A DNA stretch of 64,000 nt from an uncultured Actinomycetota bacterium (GTDB lineage: Bacteria; Actinomycetota; Humimicrobiia; Humimicrobiales; Humimicrobiaceae), in assembly GCA_964387355.1 (NCBI GenBank), contig CAYLWJ010000107.1, positions 1,669 to 65,668 of the forward strand, in the 5' to 3' direction. Position numbers and translations under genes: made by a program. The first letter of the stretch is position 1. Every line of letters begins with the position of its first letter. Below, one piece after another: positions 50,493 through 58,785 of this stretch. The notes beneath the pieces are model-generated. The model was not told the origin of the DNA. It saw only the letters and a list, made by a program, of their open reading frames with translations, and did not search any database.

Positions 50493-50847
50493 AGTTACTT
50501 TCTTTAAGCTCTGTCTTTATTTTAAACATATAATTCTTTATAAATAGAAAAACAGGCCTTGTATATACTTTTAAAGGATTATTCATAAAAACATTTATTA
50601 CTTCCTCTTTTGAATATATACCTACTATATACTTTATATCTTCAATACTGCCATAAGCTAAAACCTGATTAATTATATAAATTTTGTCTTTTTTAAAATC
50701 CAAGGTTTTTATATCTCTTGACCACAGAAGGGGCTTTAGGCTTTTAAGGATAATATTATTGTCTTTTTCATATTTTTCTTTAAAAACAGATTTTTCAGGG
50801 TTTATTTTATTAGGTTTTTTTATATTAGCTGTATTTACTTTTTCCAT
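50473..50847 (-). CDS. small protein encoded immediately upstream of the AbiEii-like gene (putative cognate antitoxin/partner)
   Basis: 124 aa. ...LLWSRDIKTLDFKKDKIYIINQVLAYGSIEDIKYIVGIYSKEEVINVF. Overlaps the downstream gene start by 20 nt. Confidence 0.45.
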   Translation of the reverse strand: MEKVNTANIKKPNKINPEKSVFKEKYEKDNNIILKSLKPLLWSRDIKTLDFKKDKIYIINQVLAYGSIEDIKYIVGIYSKEEVINVFMNNPLKVYTRPVFLFIKNYMFKIKTELKESNYVRSFY

Positions 50848-51191
50848 ATGTTAAATCAGTTAATGATGAATAATTGATAAAAATAAAAAATTTAAAATAA
50901 TTTGTGCTAACTAAACAATAATTTCTTAGTAAATAAGTAATTATTAAGCTTACCTAGTATAAGCATAGGCTAATTATAGCATAATATTTGAACAATTTCT
51001 TAAAAGAGTAATTTTTGTCAAAACTTAGTCTTACTGTAAAGACCTGTGAATATAGCTCTGATTTACTTATAAGGCTTTGCTTGCAAGAAAAGTTTAAGGT
51101 ATTAAGAAGCCTCACTTATGAGGCTGATTTGCTTATATAGCTTGTTTTATACCTTATAGCCCTAATAAAAAATAGCAATTAAATACAAATT

Positions 51192-51629
51192 TTACTGGCT
51201 TTCTTTTACATCATTTATAAATTCTTTAACTTTTTCTTTTATAATATCTCTAATCTGCCTTGTTTTTTGTAGTTTTTCTTCATAAGTGCCCTCAAGGCTT
51301 GAAGGATCTTCTATATCCCAGTGAATACGCTTAGGAACACCAGGAAAAATTGGACATTTTTGCCCCCTTGATTCATCACATACAGTTATTATATAGCCAT
51401 AAAATCTCTTCTCTTTAAAAAAATCTTTTACATCATCTACACTATTATTTGAAATATCAATTCCATCTTCTTTCATTACCTGTACTGCAAGAGGGTTCAA
51501 CTTTCCAGGCTCAAATCCTGCACTTTCAGCATAAAACATATCACCCCCAAGTGTGTTTAAATAAGCTTCAGCCATTTGGCTTCTTGCAGAATTATGAACA
51601 CATAAAAAAAGTACTCTTATTTTATCCAT
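51192..51629 (-). CDS. arsC: arsenate reductase, LMW-PTP family (thioredoxin-coupled ArsC)
   Basis: CX5R P-loop VLFLCVHNSARSQMAEAY, plus downstream Cys residues (TVCDES...KCP). 145 aa. Confidence 0.8.
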   Translation of the reverse strand: MDKIRVLFLCVHNSARSQMAEAYLNTLGGDMFYAESAGFEPGKLNPLAVQVMKEDGIDISNNSVDDVKDFFKEKRFYGYIITVCDESRGQKCPIFPGVPKRIHWDIEDPSSLEGTYEEKLQKTRQIRDIIKEKVKEFINDVKESQ

Positions 51630-52339
51630 ATAACCTCCTAGAAAATAATTTGTAAAAATATTTTATATTCCCTTCTTTTTAAGAGTTTTTGGCTAAAATT
51701 AGGTGTTAATTAAATATTATACTCCTATTATCTAGAAACTTTTACTATCTATAATGTTTTTATACTGATATATATTACACTATTTAAGCCAACTTCTAAA
51801 ATTAAGTAAAAAAAATTCATAAAAATTTAACATTTATTATTAAACATAGAAAACTTTTAAAAACTATCGTAGAAATCTTTATTAATATATTTTACAAAAA
51901 CTTACTTTTGATCTTTTATAAAACTTTGACAGAAAAGCTTTTTAGATTTTGCTGCAAATTTTGCTAAAAATATTTGTGAAAAACTTTTTTATGAAAAATT
52001 GCTTGAAAAATTAAAAAATTGCTTATTGATGATATATTTAAGGAATAAAGGCATGGTGAAAGAGTATTTTTATTTAATAGTTTTTAAATAACACTTGCAG
52101 ATTCTTTTAATTTTTTTCCAGTTTTCTTTCAATATACATTTTTTAAAATATACCTTACTTACTCTAAAAATATAAAAGCATTAATTTTAACTTTGCTATT
52201 ATTTAATAATATTTAATTTTAGCAGGGTTAATGAATCTAAAAAATGTACACGTTTTTACAAATTATTTTCACAAACTTTTTCCAATGTTAAGAAAGTCTT
52301 TTTTATTTTTAATTTCTTAAGAAAATGTTTCACATAAGG

Positions 52340-53566
52340 CTATTCTTCATAAAAATTATCAATAGCATTATTTATTCTTTCTATTACTGGAGGATGACTA
52401 AAGATAATAAATTTTAGCACTGGACTAGGTTTAACATTTGATAGATTTGAAATAGCAAGCTTTTTAAAGATATTTATCTGGGTTTCTAAATCACCTGTAA
52501 GCTTTAGTGCTGTATAGTCTGCTTGCTCTTCAAATTTTCGTGAAATATAGTTTTGAAATGGAATAGTTATATATGAAATTAAACTAAATAATATAAACAA
52601 TATTAAAACAGACTTTACGCTGACATTTAAATTTAAACCTAACTGAAATAACTTTAAAATAAATAATAATAGAATTATTGAAGCGCTCCCTATTATTAAA
52701 CTTATAAATATATGCTTATATTTCCAATGGCCTATCTCATGCGCAATTACAGAAAGAACTTCATTTTTAGGGCTTTTGTTTAAAAGATTGTCATAAATTA
52801 CTATTCTTTTTGTTTTTCCCATTCCGGTAAAATATGCATTAATTCTTGTTGTTTTTCTGCTTGCATCTGCAACAAGTATCTTATCAACATGTATATCAGC
52901 TTTACCAGCAATTTTTATAATTTCATCTTTAAGCTCTTTATCTTCAAGCTCCTTAAAATTATAAAATAAAGGATCTATAAGAATTGGGAAAATAAAAATT
53001 GCTATTACTAAAAATAAAATAAATATTGCAGAGGCAGCAAGCCACCAATTTTTATGCAGGTGTATAATGAGTATATATATTATTGTAAGTATAAATGTAT
53101 TTATTAAAAGTGAAATAGCTTTATCTTTTAAAATATCCAAAAACCATTCATAAAATGTTTGTTTTGAAAGACCAAACCTATGCTCTAATACAAAGCCACG
53201 GTAGTATTGCAGAGGAAATAAAATAATATAAAGAATGATATTAAAAAGTGCAAAAATACCACATGCAAGTAGGATTGGAATTCTGCTGTTTGAATAAAAA
53301 TTTTTCCAGAAGATAAAAATTATTCCAAACATAAAAATCCAGGAAATAAGCCTTTGTAATACAGAAATTAAAAGAGCAGCCTTGTTGTAGGAGCTAGCTG
53401 TTGTTAAAAAATCAGTATTGAAATACTTTAGTACATCTGGATTATTTGAAGGCTTTATAATGACAGCTGAGATGAAAATTGTTACCAGCATTAAAAAAGC
53501 CAGAAATGTAAGTAAAATAAAAGAGTAAAAAGCCCAGTTATAATTTGCCATTTTTGAAAACTTCAA
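52340..53566 (-). CDS. M48-family (HtpX/Ste24-like) zinc metalloprotease, polytopic membrane protein
   Basis: HExxH VIAHEIGHWKYKH, multiple TM helices, and a downstream glutamate (EEQADYTAL) as third ligand. Confidence 0.8.
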   Translation of the reverse strand: MKFSKMANYNWAFYSFILLTFLAFLMLVTIFISAVIIKPSNNPDVLKYFNTDFLTTASSYNKAALLISVLQRLISWIFMFGIIFIFWKNFYSNSRIPILLACGIFALFNIILYIILFPLQYYRGFVLEHRFGLSKQTFYEWFLDILKDKAISLLINTFILTIIYILIIHLHKNWWLAASAIFILFLVIAIFIFPILIDPLFYNFKELEDKELKDEIIKIAGKADIHVDKILVADASRKTTRINAYFTGMGKTKRIVIYDNLLNKSPKNEVLSVIAHEIGHWKYKHIFISLIIGSASIILLLFILKLFQLGLNLNVSVKSVLILFILFSLISYITIPFQNYISRKFEEQADYTALKLTGDLETQINIFKKLAISNLSNVKPSPVLKFIIFSHPPVIERINNAIDNFYEE

Positions 53567-53623
53567 AATATTTTTATTTTATAAATTTTAATATAAATTT
53601 TGAATATGCTGATACCATCTGTT

Positions 53624-53861
53624 TTGCTTTCCTGACTTCCGCATTTTTAATCTAAACTATACCATAATAAAGTTAACTTAAGTATAAAAATATTGCCTAG
53701 AGGTTAAAAAGCAAATGCATTGACCAGTTAAAAAATAATACTTTACAAATATTAGTATTTTAAACTTTAGCTGAATTTGCAAGAGTAAAAAAATAAAGAA
53801 AATGTAGTGCCCATGAAAAGCTAAATTTAATCTTAATTTTTATAAAAAGTGCGGAAGTCGG
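53624..53861. repeat. 16/18-nt inverted repeat pair (CCTGACTTCCGCATTTTT ... AAAAAGTGCGGAAGTCGG) flanking ~200 nt between the M48 and amidase genes; MITE-like or large RNA hairpin
   Basis: Reverse-complement match read directly from the sequence. The arms are locally GC-rich relative to the surroundings. Confidence 0.4.
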
Positions 53862-53893
53862 AAAATAAGTGTGTTTGCTTAAAAGAAATATAG

Positions 53894-55663
53894 CTATCCT
53901 CTATAATCACTACCAAGAATAATTGTTATATCCACATTATCAATGTTATTACTTGATTGTGAAATCTGACCGACACCTAAATATTTCTTTAAATCTTCTG
54001 CTATTAAGTTTATATCCTGTTTAGAGGTAAATATAATTATTTTAGTAGTTTTATAATTAAAATTATCTGCATTCTTAGTTTCTTTAACAATAATCTGAAC
54101 TTTATCTTTGTTAAAGAATGACTCAATTTTACCTTTAAGTCTTGCAGCAATACCTTGTGTTCCCTGACCATTTAATATGTTTATAGTATATTGGCTTAAC
54201 TGTGTTGAGGACTTAACCAGCTGACTTTGGCTAAAGTCACTTCCAATTATTATAACTATATCTGACACCTGCAAATAGCCTTTGCGGGTGGAAATAACTC
54301 CTGTCTTTAATATACTTTTTATCTCGTCTGCAGCTTTTAAAATTTCCTGATTATTGTTTTTGCATATAATTTGGGTATTTTTGTAGCTAAAACTTTTTGC
54401 ATCAGCAACTTCTACCACTTTATATTTAAAATTTCCATTTAAATCTTTTATTGATGAAACTAATTGTGAAGTTTGAGCAGCTATTCCTTTTATACCAACA
54501 CCGTTTAAAACAGTTATAGTAAATGCAGAACTGGAAATATTTGTATCTTCGCTTTTTGTATTTATATTATTTACACTACTGTTTGCAGTAGTTGCACTAT
54601 AAGTATAGCCGTTTTTTATGTAATTATTTATAAGGCTGTTAAACTCAGGTGATGAAAGAAAATAAGAAAGAACAGCTGATCTTTTCTGATATTTAAGCTG
54701 AGAAATCCAGTAAGCCTCTCCGTTTGGGTCAGGATTTCTATCAAGAACAGTATTATATAGAATATTAATATACTGGGCGTCTGTCAAATTTCTACTATTA
54801 AATTGGTTGCTTAAAATAATGCCTTTTATAACATCTGCATAACTAATTTCACCTGAACTTAACCTACCTGCCCAATTATTTATTGTAGCTGCATCAGGGT
54901 CTATATTTAAACCTTTTTGGTATACTTTTTTGACAAATGCTTGAGCTGATGCAAGCTTTCTTGCCTCTAATATTTCTTTTTCACTTATTTTAAGGTAATC
55001 AAGAATACCATTATAAATTCCAGTTGCAATTTTATCTCTGAAGCCTGCATCATTTAGTTTAGCTTCTTCATCTGGATTTGAAATAAAAGCTGCCTCAACT
55101 AAAGCTGAGACCATTTTTACATTTTTTATTTCTGAAAAATCTGAAGCCTTTACTCCCCTGTTTGCTGTTTTTATCTGTTCTATTACTCTGCTGTTTAAAT
55201 AACTTGCAAGAACTCTGCTGTTAGGTGACTGACTGTAGTAAAAAGTTTCTGTTCCATTTTTTTCTCGGGAAGTATGGCTGTTATTGTGAATACTTATAAA
55301 AATGTTTGCATTGCTTGAATTTACAAAATTAGCAATTTCTTCAAGGGATTTTTTTGTATCATCTTCACGTGTAAGTAGAACTTTAAAGCCAGAGTTTGCA
55401 AGTTTGTCTTTTAGCCTAAAAGCAATATCAAGATTTACATCCTTTTCTTTTAACCCGGATGGGCCTGTTGCACCATGATCATTTCCTCCATGACCTGGAT
55501 TAATGCATATTATAATTTGTGAGTTAGTATCTGCATAGATTGTTTTAACTAAAGTAAGATAAAAAGATGCAAATACAATTACAACTGTTATAAGAATTAA
55601 GAGTGATATTAAAGCTGACTTAAAAACATTTGGACAAGCATTTATTTTTCTTTTTATAAACAT
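53894..55663 (-). CDS. N-acetylmuramoyl-L-alanine amidase (Amidase_3) - DUF4214 - 2x LytR_C domain protein
   Basis: IICINPGHGGNDHGATGPSGLKEKDVNLDIA...FISIHNN is the Amidase_3 motif. DUF4214-like NWAGRLSSGEISYADVIKGIILSNQF. The two C-terminal repeats are near-identical in motif to the LCP protein's C-terminus (GVGQISQSSNNIDNVDITIILGSDY). Confidence 0.8.
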   Translation of the reverse strand: MFIKRKINACPNVFKSALISLLILITVVIVFASFYLTLVKTIYADTNSQIIICINPGHGGNDHGATGPSGLKEKDVNLDIAFRLKDKLANSGFKVLLTREDDTKKSLEEIANFVNSSNANIFISIHNNSHTSREKNGTETFYYSQSPNSRVLASYLNSRVIEQIKTANRGVKASDFSEIKNVKMVSALVEAAFISNPDEEAKLNDAGFRDKIATGIYNGILDYLKISEKEILEARKLASAQAFVKKVYQKGLNIDPDAATINNWAGRLSSGEISYADVIKGIILSNQFNSRNLTDAQYINILYNTVLDRNPDPNGEAYWISQLKYQKRSAVLSYFLSSPEFNSLINNYIKNGYTYSATTANSSVNNINTKSEDTNISSSAFTITVLNGVGIKGIAAQTSQLVSSIKDLNGNFKYKVVEVADAKSFSYKNTQIICKNNNQEILKAADEIKSILKTGVISTRKGYLQVSDIVIIIGSDFSQSQLVKSSTQLSQYTINILNGQGTQGIAARLKGKIESFFNKDKVQIIVKETKNADNFNYKTTKIIIFTSKQDINLIAEDLKKYLGVGQISQSSNNIDNVDITIILGSDYRG

Positions 55664-56125
55664 TTCTACTTAATTGCTATAATAATTGCTATGAATTTAA
55701 AATATAAATTATTTATATTCTAATTTTTATGCTTAATGCTACTTTTTAGGCTACTTCTAAAATAAATAATTGCTTTCTACAATTTTGCTTTTTATAATTT
55801 GCTACTAATAAATACAACAGAATTATTAATTTTAATAATTTAATATTAATATTTACAATATTTATAATATTTACACATAAATATTACACTGTCAATAAAA
55901 ATTGTAATTATAGTTAGCGTCTCAAATCTGGTGACTTGTACCACTCACTTCTGGGCTTTAGGTTCAGTAATTTATTAATTTTTTATATTTTAAAAGGTAA
56001 ATTCATTCCTTTTTTTAATATTTTAATGCTATTTTAATGATATTTTTGTTCTATATGCAAAATTGAATAAAAAACTAAATCATAAGTATTTACTTATAAA
56101 TTGAATAATAAATTAATATTTTACT

Positions 56126-56179
56126 ATAAATAACGCTCAGAAATTAAGTTATTAAAAAATTCATAATAATTTAATATTC
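56126..56179. repeat. ~53-nt dispersed repeat, copy A (copy B at 61305..61357, 2-3 mismatches)
   Basis: tataaataacgctcagaaattaagttattaaaaaattcataataatttaatatt versus tataaataacgctcataattaagttactaaaaaattcataataatttaatatt. Confidence 0.6.
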
Positions 56180-56387
56180 TTAATAAAACTTTAACAAATA
56201 AGTTTAATGTGAATTATTATCTTGTAAGTCCTTGTTGTTAGGTTAAGGAGGTTTTAATTGAAAAACAATAGTGTATTATGCGATGATGATTTAGGAAAAA
56301 TAATGTTTTCTGACGAATACTGGAAAAGTAAAGTATAATATTTAGCCTTTAAGGAATTTTAACAATATGTTTAAGCAACAACAGCTG

Positions 56388-56489
56388 GAAAAAATGTTTC
56401 ACATCAGGCTATTCTTAATAAAAATTATCAATAGCATTATTTATTCTTTCTATTACTGAAGGATGACTAAAAATAGTGAATTTTAATAA
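56388..56489 (-). repeat. duplicated ~100-nt fragment of the 3' end of the M48 protease gene (copy of 52321..52422, ~95% identical), now carrying a premature stop
   Basis: Direct comparison: gaaaatgtttcacataaggctattcttcataaaaattatcaatagcattatttattctttctattactggaggatgactaaagataat versus aaaatgtttcacatcaggctattcttaataaaaattatcaatagcattatttattctttctattactgaaggatgactaaaaatagt. Confidence 0.7.
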
Positions 56490-56698
56490 GGGTAAGTCTT
56501 TATTTTTATAAAGCTAAAATTTATAAAAACTCTTAAGCTAAACCATAATAATAATTAACTATTAAAATAAATTATAATATTATACATTTTGTATATGTAG
56601 CCATATACATAACTAAATTAAATCTCTTTTAAATGGCAAATTAAAGGTTTAAATTAAATTAAAAGCATATAAGATAGATGAGGAGAAGTTTTTAAGGC

Positions 56699-56939
56699 AT
56701 TAAAAAAACAACACTTTTATTTGAAGAAGATGTCTACAATAAATTAAAAGAACGAGCAAAAAGAGAAAATGTATCCATTGGAGAGCTGGTAAGAGAAGCT
56801 GCGGCAACTTTCTATAATATAAAAAGTAAAGAAGATAAATTAGATGCACTTGAAAAGTTAAAATTACTTAATCTGCCCATTGCCGATCAAGAACAAATCG
56901 AAAAAGAAATATTAAAAGGGGTGCTAAATGATAAGTAAA
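56699..56939 (+). pseudogene. ribbon-helix-helix (CopG/VapB-type) antitoxin relic lacking a canonical start (in-frame ATT at 56699)
   Basis: Manual translation (I)KKTTLLFEEDVYNKLKERAKRENVSIGELVREAAATFYNIKSKEDKLDALEKLKLLNLPIADQEQIEKEILKGVLNDK*. An in-frame TAA lies 2 codons upstream. There is no ATG/GTG/TTG in frame. Confidence 0.5.
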
Positions 56940-57128
56940 TATAAGGTATTTATTGATTCAAAAATACCAATGTATGCTGCAGGAAAAGAACATGAAAATA
57001 AGAAACCTGCCATTAGAAATTTTATAGCTTGTTTCCAATGGTGGAATAATTGGTATTACATCTACAGAGGTTCTCCAAGAAATATTATATAGAGAATTAT
57101 ATAGAGTTTATAATATTGAAATCATTTA
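56929..57128 (+). pseudogene. truncated, frameshifted PIN-domain (VapC) toxin relic
   Basis: MISKYKVFIDSKIPMYAAGKEHENKKPAIRNFIA... then, in another frame, ...SNGGIIGITSTEVLQEILYRELYRVYNIEII*. This matches the first ~60 aa of VapC-type PIN proteins. Overlaps the RHH relic by 11 nt. Confidence 0.5.
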
Positions 57129-57282
57129 AAGATTAATAGTAATCTGACTTTAACATTACCTTTAATATTACTATAAAAAACTTAATAAAACTGCAAGAAG
57201 CACACCGTTTGAAATAGGTTAATATAGACTAAATTAGTATTAACAATTACCTTCTTTCAATTTAAATCTCGTTTGTTAGTGG

Positions 57283-58311
57283 TTATTTTTTAGGTATCCT
57301 ATAATTCTTTCCTGTTTCTATAAATGCTTTTATATTAGCTTCAGGAGTTTCTTGTGGTAAATCACACCCTGTACTTAATATAAAATTAGGATAAGGATCC
57401 ATTTCTTTTAGTAAATTACTAACCTCTTCTTTTACCTCATCAGGAGTTCCTCTAAGTATTGTATTAGTTGGACTTATATTTCCAATTAAAACTACATTTT
57501 TTGTAAGAATTTTGGCAGCCTCTTTAAGATCAACTCCAACTTCTTTTGAATCAAGGCTTAAACCATCTACACCTGCGTTTACCATCTCATTAAGCAAATG
57601 CATTGTGTTTCCACATGTATGATAAACTGTATTTACCCCACTATATATACAGCTTTCAACGATATGTCTAACATAATGTGCTGAAAAATTTCTAAATTGT
57701 TCAGGTCCCAGCATTACTGCAGTTGGTTCAAGAACACAAATTATATCTGCTCCAGCAGAAATAAGCATATTTACATATTCCTGTATTTTTTCGGTGGTAA
57801 TATCACATATTTTTCTTAATTTTTCTGGTTCCATAATAGATGCCATAGCTGCTTCATCAGCACCCATTAATAAAGCAGCAACAGAATAAGGACCTGTTAC
57901 ATAAGCTCCTTTTATTACATATTCAGGAAGTCCTATTTTCATAAGCTTAACAGTATTTACATAACCATTAATTCTACTATCAAAAGAAATATTTATACTA
58001 GCAATTCGATCAAGTTCGTTTATGTCAAATTTATCCTTTGGAACAGTTGCAGAATCTTCTCTTGGAAATACAGTAAATCTTCCTAAAGCATTTGCTTCAA
58101 CTGATAAATCCATTAGCGGAAATATTACATCAGGTTTAAATTTTTCTACTAATATTTTTAATACCTTGTAATGCTCACCATAATTTTGTTGAGCAATTTT
58201 AATATTGCTTCCAATAAGCTCAACTCCTGGGAAACCTAAAAGTGGAGCAACTAGCCTTTTGCCTTCCTTGTATTTGTCTTTAACTATTTCTATTAATGAT
58301 TTTCGTTTCAT
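57283..58311 (-). CDS. uroporphyrinogen-decarboxylase (URO-D) family protein (MtaA/CmuA-like methyltransferase or HemE-like)
   Basis: 342 aa TIM-barrel family protein. The N-terminal KRLVAPLLGFPGVELIGSNIKIAQQN and the central YHTCGNT motif are typical of URO-D-like enzymes. Confidence 0.65.
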   Translation of the reverse strand: MKRKSLIEIVKDKYKEGKRLVAPLLGFPGVELIGSNIKIAQQNYGEHYKVLKILVEKFKPDVIFPLMDLSVEANALGRFTVFPREDSATVPKDKFDINELDRIASINISFDSRINGYVNTVKLMKIGLPEYVIKGAYVTGPYSVAALLMGADEAAMASIMEPEKLRKICDITTEKIQEYVNMLISAGADIICVLEPTAVMLGPEQFRNFSAHYVRHIVESCIYSGVNTVYHTCGNTMHLLNEMVNAGVDGLSLDSKEVGVDLKEAAKILTKNVVLIGNISPTNTILRGTPDEVKEEVSNLLKEMDPYPNFILSTGCDLPQETPEANIKAFIETGKNYRIPKK

Positions 58312-58785
58312 ATTAACTTTTATTATACTTTATAATTTATATTTTACTATTTAAAAATTTTATAAAAAAGCCAACCCAATGATAAACATTAAACTATAAA
58401 CCAATTTTTTTAATTTAATAATTAATAGATAATGCTTAAAATAAACAAATTTATTTTATTTTATTTTATTTAGTATACTTATTTCAATGAATAAAATTAT
58501 ATTTGGCAAAAATACATTTAACAAGAAAAGTAAGTATATAATTATCAAGCTTTTTTCACTTTAGAAAATTTTTAAAATAAGAATTTTACGGTTAAAGTTT
58601 TTAACGAAAATTTCATTTACTTGTAAAATTATTATAATATGTGTATATTATTATTATATATTATGAAATAAAAGTAATTAAACAAAAGCAAAAATATTAA
58701 TAACATTAAAGTTAATACAAATTAAAATTATTTAATAAGTAAAAGTATAAAATTATTTATAACATAACAAGGAGATTTAATAAAA

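Noticed and set aside
51050-51190. Imperfect hairpin AAGCCTCA-CTTA-TGAGGCTT and repeated CTGATTTRCTTATA motif downstream of arsC
   Set aside because: The stem is short and not followed by a T-tract on the arsC strand. It could be a weak terminator, but the evidence is insufficient to annotate.
55915-55970. Short GC-richer island (agcgtctcaaatctggtgacttgtaccactcacttctgggctttaggttcag) in the decayed zone
   Set aside because: It does not fold into a tRNA cloverleaf and has no recognisable motif. Possibly another gene fragment, but unsupported.
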